A stretch of DNA of 64,000 nt from Parachlamydiales bacterium (lineage in GTDB: Bacteria; Chlamydiota; Chlamydiia; Chlamydiales; SM23-39), in contig JACVQJ010000004.1 in assembly GCA_015661075.1 (NCBI GenBank), positions 32,194 to 96,193 on the forward strand, in the 5' to 3' direction. The translations under genes and the position numbers were made by a program. Each line of letters opens with the position of its first letter. The first letter of the stretch is position 1. A model generated the notes under the pieces. It did no database searches, was not told the origin of the DNA, and saw only the letters and a list, made by a program, of their open reading frames with translations. Below, piece by piece: positions 12,568 to 22,842 of the stretch.

Positions 12568-13803
12568 TTATTTTACTTCTCTATCCTCACCCGACCATCG
12601 GCTGACGAGGATGACGCCGCACATATTGCCGAAGATATTCACGACCGTTCTGACACGGTCAATGATGCGATCGAGCGGCAGAAGCAGCGTGATTGCGGAA
12701 AGCGGGATATTGACGATCCGGAATACGACCACGAGACTGACCATGCTCGTCTCCGGGATCCCTCCTTCAGCCATACCGCCGAAGATACAGGCAACCGCCA
12801 GTAGAATTTGCTGCGAGAGCGACAGATCGAGACCGAGCATCTGAGAAAAGAATAATACGGCAGCCATTTCATACATCATCATGCCGCCCACGTTGATCGA
12901 GGCGCAAAGAGGCAACATGAATCTTGTGACAAACGGTTTCGATTTGAGTTGATCGGCGGAGTGCATTGCGACTGGTAGAGTGGCAACAGAACTGGACGTG
13001 CCAAAAGCCGTCGAAAAAACAGGAATGCTGTGATGAAGAATCTGTCTCACGTTCTGTTTGGAAACGATGACGACCGCGACCAGTTGCCATAGGGCATGGA
13101 GAAATAGACCGATAAAAAGAACCGCGACAAAACTGAAAAGCGCCACAAGATCGGCTCGAAGATCTCCGGAAAGGGACGATTGCGCAATCCCCGCCCCAAC
13201 AAGGGTAAAAATACCAACGGGAGCTAACAGCATGACGCCATGGAGACATTTCGACGACGCCTCTCGAATACCAGTAGCGAGCTGGATCAGCGGCTTGGCT
13301 ACATCTCCGACGAGGCAGCATCCGATTCCAAACAGAATGGAAAAGATCACCACGGGCAGCAGTTGAAAATGGGCGAGAGCCGAGAAGATATTATCGGGGA
13401 AAATGGACAAGATAAAATTGACCAGGCCAAAGGATTGCGGAGAGCTGGGTTCGTAGACCTGTCCGGAAAGGATTAACGCGGGATTTCCCCCCGATCCGGG
13501 GTGCAGAACATTGAACAGAGTCAGCGCGATGGTCACGGCGATGATTTCGCTGAGCAGCATGTAACCCACCACTTTGAGTGAAAGAGACTTGAGGTGGGAT
13601 AGGTTATTCGACATGCCGCCAAGCGCCGCAATCAGGGCAGAACAAATCAAAGGCAGAGCAAACAGTTTGAGCAAATTAATGAACAAATCGCCCAAAAACT
13701 TGATACTCAGGAACGTATTTGGGACATAAATCCCAAACACAATAGCCGCAGCGATGCTGAGCAAGATGAGATGCTTGTTATACTGGTTTAGTTTTTTGAT
13801 CAT
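12568..13803 (-). CDS. Dicarboxylate/amino acid:cation symporter (DAACS family)
   Basis: AFGTSSSVATLP and LPLCASINVGG motifs, multiple TM helices. Confidence 0.92.
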   Translation of the reverse strand: MIKKLNQYNKHLILLSIAAAIVFGIYVPNTFLSIKFLGDLFINLLKLFALPLICSALIAALGGMSNNLSHLKSLSLKVVGYMLLSEIIAVTIALTLFNVLHPGSGGNPALILSGQVYEPSSPQSFGLVNFILSIFPDNIFSALAHFQLLPVVIFSILFGIGCCLVGDVAKPLIQLATGIREASSKCLHGVMLLAPVGIFTLVGAGIAQSSLSGDLRADLVALFSFVAVLFIGLFLHALWQLVAVVIVSKQNVRQILHHSIPVFSTAFGTSSSVATLPVAMHSADQLKSKPFVTRFMLPLCASINVGGMMMYEMAAVLFFSQMLGLDLSLSQQILLAVACIFGGMAEGGIPETSMVSLVVVFRIVNIPLSAITLLLPLDRIIDRVRTVVNIFGNMCGVILVSRWSGEDREVK

Positions 13804-13948
13804 AATCGCTCCATTAAAGCATCTTGACCCGATGATGTAAATCCAATTTTGATAACAATCAAATAATTACTTCGCCTAACAAATAAATAGTCAAAGTGTT
13901 AAATTTCTATCCTTTATAAATTTTAAAATCTATCAAGACGAGTTTTAC

Positions 13949-14548
13949 ATGAAAAAAGCGATATTTTTATTCACGGCTTTTGCGACTTCAATCTTTGCAG
14001 AAAATTGTCGATGGGAAACGACTCATTCACTTTATTCTGAGCATCCGAATCGAATTTATGTTGGCCCAGAAGTGGAATGTTTTCCGCAAAATAATTACCT
14101 TTGGGAATACTGGGGAGTTCGTCTGGGATATGAGTATCTAAAGCCGAATTCCATCTATAGCGGGCTCGATTTCTTCTCCAGTTGTCCGGGTGGAAATTTC
14201 AATTGGTATTATTCGCTCAACATGCGCATCGGTTATACGGCTGCCACAGCCAAAACGATGGTCACGCCATTTATCGGCGGACTGATCACGCATCCCCAAG
14301 TTCTCAGGTACGCGACCGGAGGATTTCAGTCCCTGATTTCGATTAATGCCAGGACTGATATTGGATGCACTCTCACATTCTTTATGCCGATACGAAGTTA
14401 CATCGGTTGGTACGAGAAGATTGCTTTTCCTCTCATCTACCATCCTACCCACCATTGCGATCTACATTTTGAGTTCTATCGATCCGAGTCGCTCAAAAGG
14501 ACATGGCATAATTACGGCTCGCGTTTTCTGATCGGATATCGCTATTAG
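13949..14548 (+). CDS. Putative outer-membrane beta-barrel protein
   Basis: Signal peptide, aromatic-rich alternating strands, terminal LIGYRY. Confidence 0.55.
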   Translation: MKKAIFLFTAFATSIFAENCRWETTHSLYSEHPNRIYVGPEVECFPQNNYLWEYWGVRLGYEYLKPNSIYSGLDFFSSCPGGNFNWYYSLNMRIGYTAATAKTMVTPFIGGLITHPQVLRYATGGFQSLISINARTDIGCTLTFFMPIRSYIGWYEKIAFPLIYHPTHHCDLHFEFYRSESLKRTWHNYGSRFLIGYRY

Positions 14549-14703
14549 ATCGAGTCAATCAGCAAAACGCACAGCGAAAATCCCGCTTTAGCCACTTTTG
14601 GTGGGAGTATACGACTTCTTTGAATCAATAAGAGAAGAACAAATTTATGTTTTGCTAATCTTTGAATTTCCTGATTTCGTTGACATTCTTGCAACTAAGC
14701 CCT

Positions 14704-15219
14704 TTACATCACATGAATCACGCTTGTGACAGCGCCTAAAATTTGAAAGCTCATCTCATTAGAGATTTCTATTGGAGAGAAAGCGTCATTCTCAGCAATG
14801 AGCCGAATTATCGTTCCATTTAGGTACAGACGCTTAACGGTGAGTTCTCCATTGATCGATGCGATAACAATTTTTCCATGAATGGGCTCTACACTTCGAT
14901 CAACAATAAGAATGTCTCCGTCTTGAATGCCAGCTTTAATCATAGAAAGGCCAGACACTTTTACAAAAAACGTATCTGCTGGTTTCTTAATTAGAAGCTC
15001 ATTTAAATCCATTTCTTTATCAACTTTATCATCAACGGTCGAAGGCACTCCCGCTGTAACACAACAGTGATAAAGAGGAAGTCTAAAAAAGCGATTTTGA
15101 AGACATTTTATAGCCCTATCCAGATCACTGAGTGGTACCCGAATGGGTTTCGTCGGTTCGCCAAATTTCCCCGTTCCATGTGGCCGTCCAGATCCGATTC
15201 TTTTTCCGCCTCTTGCCAT
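14704..15219 (-). CDS. umuD: UmuD/LexA-like S24 peptidase with basic N-terminal extension
   Basis: VTAGVPS cleavage site, VSGLSM catalytic Ser, ELTVKRL catalytic Lys; N-terminal GGKRIGSGRP. Confidence 0.85.
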   Translation of the reverse strand: MARGGKRIGSGRPHGTGKFGEPTKPIRVPLSDLDRAIKCLQNRFFRLPLYHCCVTAGVPSTVDDKVDKEMDLNELLIKKPADTFFVKVSGLSMIKAGIQDGDILIVDRSVEPIHGKIVIASINGELTVKRLYLNGTIIRLIAENDAFSPIEISNEMSFQILGAVTSVIHVM

Positions 15220-15306
15220 AAACCCTCCTGACTATCTAATGATTGTTGCACTATAATCAGATAAAAGACAACCTCTCCGGTTTATGATTAACGTACATAA
15301 ATCAGA

Positions 15307-16784
15307 ATGGCTTGCCCTTTACCAGAGGCGTCTCACCGCCTAGCTCCTACTGTTTACCGCCGAAGAAGACCGGAAAAATCGGTTCTCTATCAAACGATCC
15401 AAAAGGAACTGGAGACTTGGCTGGAAACTCGCGCTGTGAACAATGATATCCCCCGATTTGTTGAGGATGAATTTCGTTCATTCTTAAAATGCGGCATTCT
15501 TGCCCATGGGTTCGCCCGAGCTCATTGCCATGGTTGCGGCCATGATTTTCTCATCGCTTTTTCCTGTAAGGGAAGAGGTATCTGCCCATCTTGCAACACA
15601 CGCCACATGGCACAAATTGCTGCTCATTTAGTTGATCATGTTTTTCCCAAGGCGCCCGTTCGTCAATGGGTTCTCTCCCTGCCCAAACGGCTTCGTTATT
15701 TTCTCCATCACCATCACGAATATATCAGCCCTGTCTTGAATATTTTGATCAGTGCCGTTGAAAGCCAGCTTATTCAATCTTGCTCAAACGGTTCCAATAT
15801 TCCTGATGGTTGCCGATTGGGCTCTGTGACATTCTTGCAGCGGTTCGGTAAAGCGCTGAATCCTCATTTTCATTTCCATTGCTGTATTATCGATGGCGTC
15901 TTCGACTTTGATGGGAATTTTTATCCGGCCAACTTTTTGTCTCCCGATGATATCCAATCCATTCAAGAACAGGTGCGCAAGAGAGTGGTCAAGCTTTTTC
16001 AAAAAAAAAAAACCATTTAAACTCTGATGAAGCATCGGATATGCTCAGCTGGGATCATGGAGGTTTTTCGCTCAATGCAAATGTCCGCATCGAGGCTCAG
16101 GACAGAGCAGGCCTGGAGCGGCTGATACGTTATTGTGCGAGACCCGTCTTCTCGGGTGAGCGGCTTGATTGGGCGGGAGATAAACTCCAATATCGTCTTC
16201 CAAAGCCCACGGCAGATGGACAAACGGTTCTGCTGCTTAAACCCTTCGAACTTTTGGATAAACTTAGCTCTCTAATTCCTCCCCCACGCCGTCACCGCCA
16301 CCATTATCATGGCGTTTTAGCACCAAATTCTCCCCTTCGATCGAAGATCGCATCTCTTGTTAACAAGGAGATTTCACCTACGAATACCGCCCAAGAGACA
16401 AAGCCATTTTCAAGTGAGTGTCTGAGCTTTGCGATCAATTGCAAGGAGCTGGAAATCGACCAAAAGGCACTTATCTCACCGCCGCCTAATCAACCCCCTG
16501 AAATCGCTGCTGAAATACCAGACAGGCCTAAAGAGAAAAAACAGCCAAGCAAAGCTAGCCTATTCCGATGGGCCATGCTCATGGCCAGGATTTTTGAAGT
16601 TCTACCGCTATGCTGTCCAAAATGCAACCACCCTATGCGGATTATTTCATTCATTCAGGATGAACATTCAATAAGAAAAATCCTGACACACGTAAACGAG
16701 CCAATCCAGCCACCTCCTATTATCCCTGCCAGGGGGCCTCCTGAGTCTGAATTTGACTACGATCAATCGCACGAATTCGCTTAA
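15307..16784 (+). mobile_element. IS91-family (rolling-circle Y2) transposase split at an A12 run
   Basis: Zn-finger CGILAHGF...FSCKGRGICPSC, HUH motif NPHFHFH, RYCARP, HYHGVLAPNS; frame change at 16001-16012. Confidence 0.9.
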
Positions 16785-16849
16785 GACAGCGAATATCAAC
16801 TATCTAGAACCACTTACAGCCCCCCAGAATAGGGGGTCTACGATGGCTT

Positions 16850-16948
16850 TTGCTTCAATCGACTTTTTTCGGCGGTTTTTTAAAATTTATGTTTCCAAAG
16901 ACAATGAACGGGAAGATCCCTTCCCTCGGAAAGAGATCTACTTTCTTT
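16850..16948 (+). repeat. 99-bp direct repeat, copy 1 (IS91 3' non-coding region-like)
   Basis: Identical to 19405-19503. Confidence 0.9.
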
Positions 16949-17499
16949 GAGATCCTGTTTTCTAAAAGCATCGATAATCTAACTGAAATCTTAGGAATAG
17001 AAACTTTTTTAACTTTGTCTATAGAAATGCCATTCTTTGAAAGAAGCTCCTCAGTTGCAAAATCGATAATACAGTTAGAAGCAAGACCAATAGTTTGTCC
17101 ATTCAAATCCTCAGGTTTTTTAATGGTTGAACCGGGAGAAGAAATAATGGCAAAACGCGATCCTTTAGTTCTTTTTCCTGTAGTTAAAAATGCAGCTTTA
17201 ACATCAAATCCATGGGATGCTAATTGAGTGCACACCACCCAATCTGTTAGCATCCCATCAATCGCTTTTGCTTGAAAAGCGCTATCCCTTTCAGCTGCGC
17301 TTTGAAAATAAACAAGTTCCACCTTAATGTTTTCCATTTCATAATATCTTAGCTCTTTAGCTACGACGAATGGCAAAACATCAGGAATAGGAAGAATACC
17401 TATCTTGATTGTTTGTTCACTACTATCCGTTTTTTTGCAGAAGATATATATCAAAGAAAGAATTATCACCGGCAACAAAACAAAAATAATTTTTTTCAT
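16949..17499 (-). pseudogene. ABC transporter substrate-binding protein (NMT1/SsuA-like), 3'-truncated
   Basis: IKIGILPIPDVLPFVVAKELRYY and KKPEDLNGQTIG; homology ends at RLSMLLENRI where the 99-bp repeat begins. Confidence 0.75.
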
Positions 17500-17737
17500 T
17501 TTTTACCTGCAATTTGTCCATATCAACAGAAAAAAAACCAATACACTACCTCAAAGCAATATTTCCTTACAAGTGAATTTCAATGACGAAAGCAAATCGC
17601 CCGCTCTTAAACTTAACGTGCTCACGAAATTCTTACCTTCCATCGCTACCCATGTCATTGGAAAAGTTGTGTCTTTGCTGTGCCCCTTTATTTCTTTCAC
17701 AAATTTGATTTTCATTATAGAGGCAATTGCAAAACTA

Positions 17738-17810
17738 GCAAAAGGGAAGGTTTTTTCGGGGATTTGCTCGACAAACGCTAACTAATACCCGAAAAAATCT
17801 TCCCTTTTGC
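17738..17810. repeat. 23-bp inverted repeat pair upstream of the transposase
   Basis: GCAAAAGGGAAGGTTTTTTCGGG / CCCGAAAAAATCTTCCCTTTTGC, one mismatch. Confidence 0.7.
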
Positions 17811-17919
17811 CATTTTTGTAATTCACGTTTTTTGACCACAATTCTGTGTAAATAAACACCTTGCATTTGATATAGTTATTTCTTCACAAAAAACAAGACC
17901 AAAGCAAGGAGCGACTCAA

Positions 17920-18791
17920 ATGAGTCAATTGTCTAAAAGTTTATCACAATATTGGAACATCATTCAAGGAACGCTTTTTCCGCGGCTGCAAGAAGAACTC
18001 GATCCGCTCACTAAAAAACAGCAGCAACTCATTGAAATTTTGGAACTTGTTCGCATCGAAGAATTCCTTCCCGATTATTTTGGATGCGAGGGTCGTCCAC
18101 AAAAAACACGTTCTGCTATTGCCAGGTCATTTATCGCCAAGATGGTGTACAACATCGATACCACGACATTTTTAATCGAGTGGCTTAGGTCTGACAAAAA
18201 CCTGAGACGCATTTGCGGCTGGGAGCGAGTGACTCAACTTCCCAGTGAGTCGACATTTTCCAGAGCTTTTGAGGAATTTTCAGAATCAGCATTACCTCAA
18301 CGGGTACACAATGCATTAATTTTTAAAACACTTGGCAACGCGGTTCTCCTCCATAAATCGACAGATTCCACAGCAATCGAAGCGCGAGAGAAGCCACGGG
18401 TGGCAAAAACAGAACAAATAGAGACGAAAAAGAAGGGCCGTCCAAAAAAAGGAATGAAACGTCCTGAACAAGAGCCTACCCGTATTGAAAGGCAACCGAC
18501 AATGACATTGGCAGAAATGTTGGCGGATTTATCCAGAGGATGCGACAGAGGGGCAAAACGGGATAGCAAGGGGAACGTCATGTATTGGATAGGATACAAA
18601 TTGCATCTGGATACAGTTGACGGCGATATCCCTGTCAGCGCAATCGTAACGTCGGCATCTGTTCATGATAGCCAGGTTGCAATTCCTCTGGCTACTCTAT
18701 CAGCAAGGAAGATCACCAATTGCTATGATTTAATGGATGCAGCGTACGATGTGCCAGGCATTTATAAGCATAGTTATTCCCTTCAGCATAG
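17920..18791 (+). mobile_element. DDE transposase (IS5/IS1182-like), interrupted by a group II intron
   Basis: PSESTFSRAF, DSTAIEARE, YWIGYKLHL, HDSQVAIPL, MDAAYD motifs; homology stops at the intron 3' end. Confidence 0.85.
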
Positions 18792-19404
18792 GTCGCGGTA
18801 GGGATGTAAGTTACCCAACACCCCCCGCACAGATCCGTGCATGCAGAATTACCGCACACGGCTCTTATCTAAGGTCACAACACCCATTCGCTCAGATGGA
18901 TATGGATGATATACATGCGGTTGTGGCAACCAGCGACTTATGAGAGGCTGCATTGCCTCCCAGGTCATGTACCCTTTCTGGCTCCTCCGTGACAGTGTGT
19001 GTCGCCACCTTTGTATGATCAAATAGCGAAAATCGCTCATCGCTTGGCAATTGCCAGGCACTCCAAAATATCTGTTGTGCCCGTTAATAACCGTTTTGAG
19101 CCACTGTCCTGTTTTTGTGATGGGATCATGCATGCGGATTATAAGCTCAGCTTTAATCGCCTTCACTTTCGCATGCAGCCGCTTCTTTATCGTTTGCCGT
19201 TTAATTGCAAACTTACCAGCTCTCGTTTTACCACAGATATGCGTGAATCCGAGAAATGTGCAAGTTTCCGGTTTCTTCTCCTGTCGCTTACTTCGATTTT
19301 CAGCCGCAAATCGGCCAAACTCTATGAGTCGCGTTTTTTCAGGATGCAATTCCAGTCCGAACTTTTGGAGTCGTTCCTTCAGTTCTTTCATGAATTGCTC
19401 GGCA
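18792..19404 (-). mobile_element. Group II intron 3' fragment (RT/maturase C-terminus, domains V-VI)
   Basis: ORF GLELHPEKTRLIEFGR ... HPYP; minus-strand DV GAGCCGTGTGCGGTAATTCTGCATGCACGGATCTGTGCGGGG and terminal CCCTACCGCGAC. Confidence 0.92.
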
Positions 19405-19503
19405 TTGCTTCAATCGACTTTTTTCGGCGGTTTTTTAAAATTTATGTTTCCAAAGACAATGAACGGGAAGATCCCTTCCCTCGGAAAGAGATCTACTTTC
19501 TTT
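19405..19503 (+). repeat. 99-bp direct repeat, copy 2
   Basis: Identical to 16850-16948; lies at the junction of the intron fragment and the IS91 fragment. Confidence 0.9.
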
Positions 19504-20154
19504 ATCCTTTTTTAAACAGACTTGCACAGTTAGTTCCTCCTCCACGGAAACATCGGCATCGCTATCATGGAGTTTTGGCTCCCAATTCACCCATTCGGCG
19601 TAAAATTAAAATAGCGCAACTTGAATCCGAGTCATTGAACTTAAGGGAAGAGCATCCCATCCCATTGGCAGAGAAACCTTCTATTTCAAAGCAAGAAGAG
19701 ACTAGGCCTCAAGAATGCAAAAAACCATCCAAAGCATCGCTTTACAGATGGGCCATGCTTCTGGCCAGAATTTTTGAGGTTTTTCCCTTAATCTGTCCCA
19801 AATGCGAGGCGCCGATGAGAATCATCTCGTTTATCCAGGACAGGCACTCCATTCGAAAAATTCTGAATTACATCAACGAACCATCTGAACCGCCAGTAAT
19901 CTCTCCGGCTAGGGGACCGCCGGAGATGGAATTCGACTATAATCAAGAGTAGATATCACGTTTATTTCGTATCTGCAAGAAGCGGGAATAGGGGGAGTCA
20001 TATCTAGTGGATTTTCCGCTATATTTTTTTGAGATTTTCAAACTTAAGAGAGCAAAAGAACGGCCCGTTCACTAGCCCCCTTCCCCGGGAATGGGGGCTA
20101 GTGTCTTTGTGCAATCGTTCGATTCTCAAAAAAGTGCCTTTGAATTTACTATCC
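19504..20154 (+). mobile_element. Second IS91-like element, 3' fragment with oriIS-like end
   Basis: LVPPPRKHRHRYHGVLAPNS ... PARGPP paralogous to 16041-16784; hairpin at 20071-20102; end GCCTTTGAATTTACTATCC resembles IS91/ISCR oriIS. Confidence 0.8.
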
Positions 20155-20156
20155 TT

Positions 20157-20253
20157 CTATCACAAAAATCGAAAAATGCGAATTTGGTGATAGTTTTTTT
20201 TGTTGCAAAATCTATCACCAAATCGAAAAAACATTGATTTGGTGATAGATTTT
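20157..20253. promoter_or_regulatory. Tandem palindromic putative operators upstream of ATPase A
   Basis: CTATCAC...GTGATAG 37-bp palindromes at 20157 and 20212; the second has perfect 18-bp arms and an 11-bp spacer. Confidence 0.65.
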
Positions 20254-20277
20254 TTGTAAGATGTAAGGGAAAAGGAC

Positions 20278-21711
20278 GTGTATATGGCGGCTCCATTTTA
20301 TGGGAGAGAAAGAGAATTAAAACTGTTGAGAGAGCGCTTGGGGATGAAGATAGCCAGCCTGATCGTAATTAAAGGGCGAAGACGCATCGGTAAAAGCAGG
20401 CTTGCAGAAGAATTCAGCAAGCCGTTTCGGACGATCTCAATTGAGGGACTGCCTCCAAATCATGAATCCATTACAGCCCAAAGCCAACGGACACATTTTG
20501 CGAATAGCTTACAAAGAGTAGGGAAAATTAAAGGTCTGAAAGCTGATGATTGGGACGACCTTTTTTGGCATTTAGGAGAATTGACCAAAAAAGGGAGGGT
20601 CGTCATCATTTTGGACGAGATCAATTGGATGGGTTCCAAGGATGCTACTTTTTTGGCAAAACTCAAAACAGCCTGGGATAAATATTTCAAAAAAAATCCA
20701 CAGCTGATCTGCATTTTAAGTGGTTCGATGTCGGGTTGGATAGAGGAAAATATCCTCAGCAGTACGGGTTTCTTAGGGAGGGTTTCTTTAGATTTGACAA
20801 TTCAAGAGCTCCCATTAATCGAATGCAACCACTTTTGGCGCCCATATGAAAAAAAAATCGCTCCTTTTGAAAAATTCAAGATTCTTTCTGTCACCGGAGG
20901 AGTTCCTCGTTATCTTGAGGAAATAGATCCTAAGCTTCCGGCTGATGAGATGATTCGCCGGCTCTGTTTTAGAAAAGAGGGATTGCTATTTCATGAATTC
21001 GAACGAATTTTTTCGGATCTTTTTTCTAGACGGTCTTCTACCTATAAAAAAATCGTTTCAAGACTTGCGGAAGGCCCTGCTGATATAAACCAAATTTGCA
21101 AGACACTTGAAATGGAAAAAGGAGGGGTAGTCACCGATTATCTCACGGATCTCGAAGAAACCCAATACATTCAACGGTGTTACAGTTGGGATTTTAATAG
21201 CGGAAAGCGGTCAAAGTTGAGTCTTTATCGTCTGAAGGATAATTATCTCCGATTTTATTTAAAATATATAGAACCTAATAAAGGGGCAGTTTCCAAAGGA
21301 ACATTAAAGCACGTTCCCGCTTGGGATTCGATTATGGGGCTTCAGTTTGAAAACTTAGTCCTCAATAATCATTTTTCATTATACCCCATTCTTCAAATTT
21401 CATCCGATGAAATCATAAATAACGGACCTTACTTTCAGCGGTCTACAAAAAACAAAAAAGGGTGTCAAATCGATTATTTATTACAGCTCAGATACAATAG
21501 TTTGTATCTGTGTGAAATAAAATACTCTGCGAAACCAATTGGAGTAGAAGTTCTTGAAGAGATGCAAAAAAAAATAGACCACTTGAAGCAAGCCAAGACT
21601 GTCTTTTCCATACGTCCCGTGCTGATCCATGTGAATGGAGTTACCGAACCGGTGAAAAGAAGTTCTTTTTTCACTTATATTATTGACTTTTCGAGCTTAT
21701 TAACCCGCTAG
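20278..21711 (+). CDS. AAA ATPase-wHTH-PD-(D/E)xK nuclease (DUF234-type) protein, paralog A
   Basis: Walker A GRRRIGKS, Walker B IILDE, TGGVPRYLE, C-terminal QIDYLL...LCEIKYS. Confidence 0.85.
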   Translation: MYMAAPFYGRERELKLLRERLGMKIASLIVIKGRRRIGKSRLAEEFSKPFRTISIEGLPPNHESITAQSQRTHFANSLQRVGKIKGLKADDWDDLFWHLGELTKKGRVVIILDEINWMGSKDATFLAKLKTAWDKYFKKNPQLICILSGSMSGWIEENILSSTGFLGRVSLDLTIQELPLIECNHFWRPYEKKIAPFEKFKILSVTGGVPRYLEEIDPKLPADEMIRRLCFRKEGLLFHEFERIFSDLFSRRSSTYKKIVSRLAEGPADINQICKTLEMEKGGVVTDYLTDLEETQYIQRCYSWDFNSGKRSKLSLYRLKDNYLRFYLKYIEPNKGAVSKGTLKHVPAWDSIMGLQFENLVLNNHFSLYPILQISSDEIINNGPYFQRSTKNKKGCQIDYLLQLRYNSLYLCEIKYSAKPIGVEVLEEMQKKIDHLKQAKTVFSIRPVLIHVNGVTEPVKRSSFFTYIIDFSSLLTR

Positions 21712-21724
21712 GCAAATAAAGAAG

Positions 21725-21838
21725 ATGAAAAATCAACACATAGGTTCCAGCTTCGATGATTTCCTTAAAGAAGAGGGGATACTCGATGAGTGCAATGCTA
21801 AAGCGAAAAAAATTAGGAAAAGAGAGCGATTGTTGTAA
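21725..21838 (+). pseudogene. Truncated N-terminus of an HTH/antitoxin-type regulator
   Basis: MKNQHIGSSFDDFLKEEGILDE then a stop after 37 aa. Confidence 0.5.
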
Positions 21839-21875
21839 ATGATAATTTTGTTGAACTTTATGAAAATTATGATTC

Positions 21876-22376
21876 CTAATGACTTTTAGCCACTGAGTCT
21901 GAGATGCCAACTGGTACAGAATGCAAATCATCCGGCGTTTGTAAAACAAAACGTTCATGAATTTCGCCAATCGTTCTTCGTTGTTCAGCCCATGAAAGTC
22001 GTTTTTGAGCCATTTCAAATGGCAACCATTCAAACGCATCATGCTCACTCGGCGATAACCGAACATCAGTCTGATCTACAAACGCAACGAATACAGGAAC
22101 AAACGCGACACGATCGCGCGTTTTCACATAAAACGTTTCCACGACATCACCACAGTACATTTTAGATGGTTCAAGACCTGTTTCTTCGCGAATTTCGCGC
22201 AGAGCCGCTTGCGAAGCTGTCTCACCACTTTCAATACCTCCGGTAACCATCTGCCATGTTCCAAATAAAGATGATCCACACCGCCGAATCAAAAGATAGC
22301 GCGGCCCTTCAGAGGTTTCACAAATGACATATGCCGAAACACAATAAGGTGTAATGTAAGACGATTTTTCAATCAT
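21876..22376 (-). CDS. NUDIX hydrolase (NudB-like)
   Basis: Nudix box GGIESGETASQAALREIREETGL; SPSEHDAFEW. Confidence 0.9.
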   Translation of the reverse strand: MIEKSSYITPYCVSAYVICETSEGPRYLLIRRCGSSLFGTWQMVTGGIESGETASQAALREIREETGLEPSKMYCGDVVETFYVKTRDRVAFVPVFVAFVDQTDVRLSPSEHDAFEWLPFEMAQKRLSWAEQRRTIGEIHERFVLQTPDDLHSVPVGISDSVAKSH

Positions 22377-22561
22377 ATTTTAGCTCCAATAGTGAATCTT
22401 GAAGAAGTGCGTTCAAGCATTTTTTTAAACCACTGATCTTGAGGCATAACCCATTCCTTAAAGACCTGGAATTATAGCCGACTGGCTCATTTAGCATAAT
22501 CTGATTGTGCTTAACGCTGCCCAGTGCTATGATCGGCCCTACTTTTATTAAAAGGTTTTAT

Positions 22562-22825
22562 ATGCCCAGAACATGTGAAGTAACTGGTCGCAAGCCATCT
22601 TCCGGCCGCAGTTACACCCTCCGCGGGATCGCCAAAAAGAAAAAAGGGATCGGCTTGAAAATCACCGGTATCACCAACCGACGCTTCCAGCCCAATTTGA
22701 AAAAAAAGCGCCTCTTCCTCGCCGAAGAAAACCGCTTCGTGACCCTGCGCCTGTCGACCGCTGCCCTACGCACGATTGACAAGAAGGGCTTGAGCGCTGT
22801 CATGCGCTCCATGCGTAAGAAATAG
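22562..22825 (+). CDS. rpmB: 50S ribosomal protein L28
   Basis: [11 protein letters not shown]...RRFQPNL. Confidence 0.93.
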   Translation: MPRTCEVTGRKPSSGRSYTLRGIAKKKKGIGLKITGITNRRFQPNLKKKRLFLAEENRFVTLRLSTAALRTIDKKGLSAVMRSMRKK

Positions 22826-22842
22826 ATTCCTGCGAGGGCGTT

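Noticed and set aside
16855..16948. C-terminal residues SKKVDLFPREG... of the 214-aa ORF
   Set aside because: Encoded by the 99-bp repeat, not by the binding-protein gene.
17550..17710. Possible riboswitch upstream of the ABC binding protein
   Set aside because: No TPP, SAM or cobalamin consensus recognised; the minus strand looks more like a decayed coding fragment (GNAT-like FPMTWVAMEG), too weak to call.
18999..19952. 317-aa plus-strand ORF as a real gene
   Set aside because: It is a chimera of antisense intron sequence, the 99-bp repeat and an IS91 transposase tail.
20157..20253. Palindromes at 20157/20212 and 60661/60716 as a mini CRISPR array
   Set aside because: Only two units each, very short intervening sequences, no cas genes; their position before paralogous genes fits operators better.
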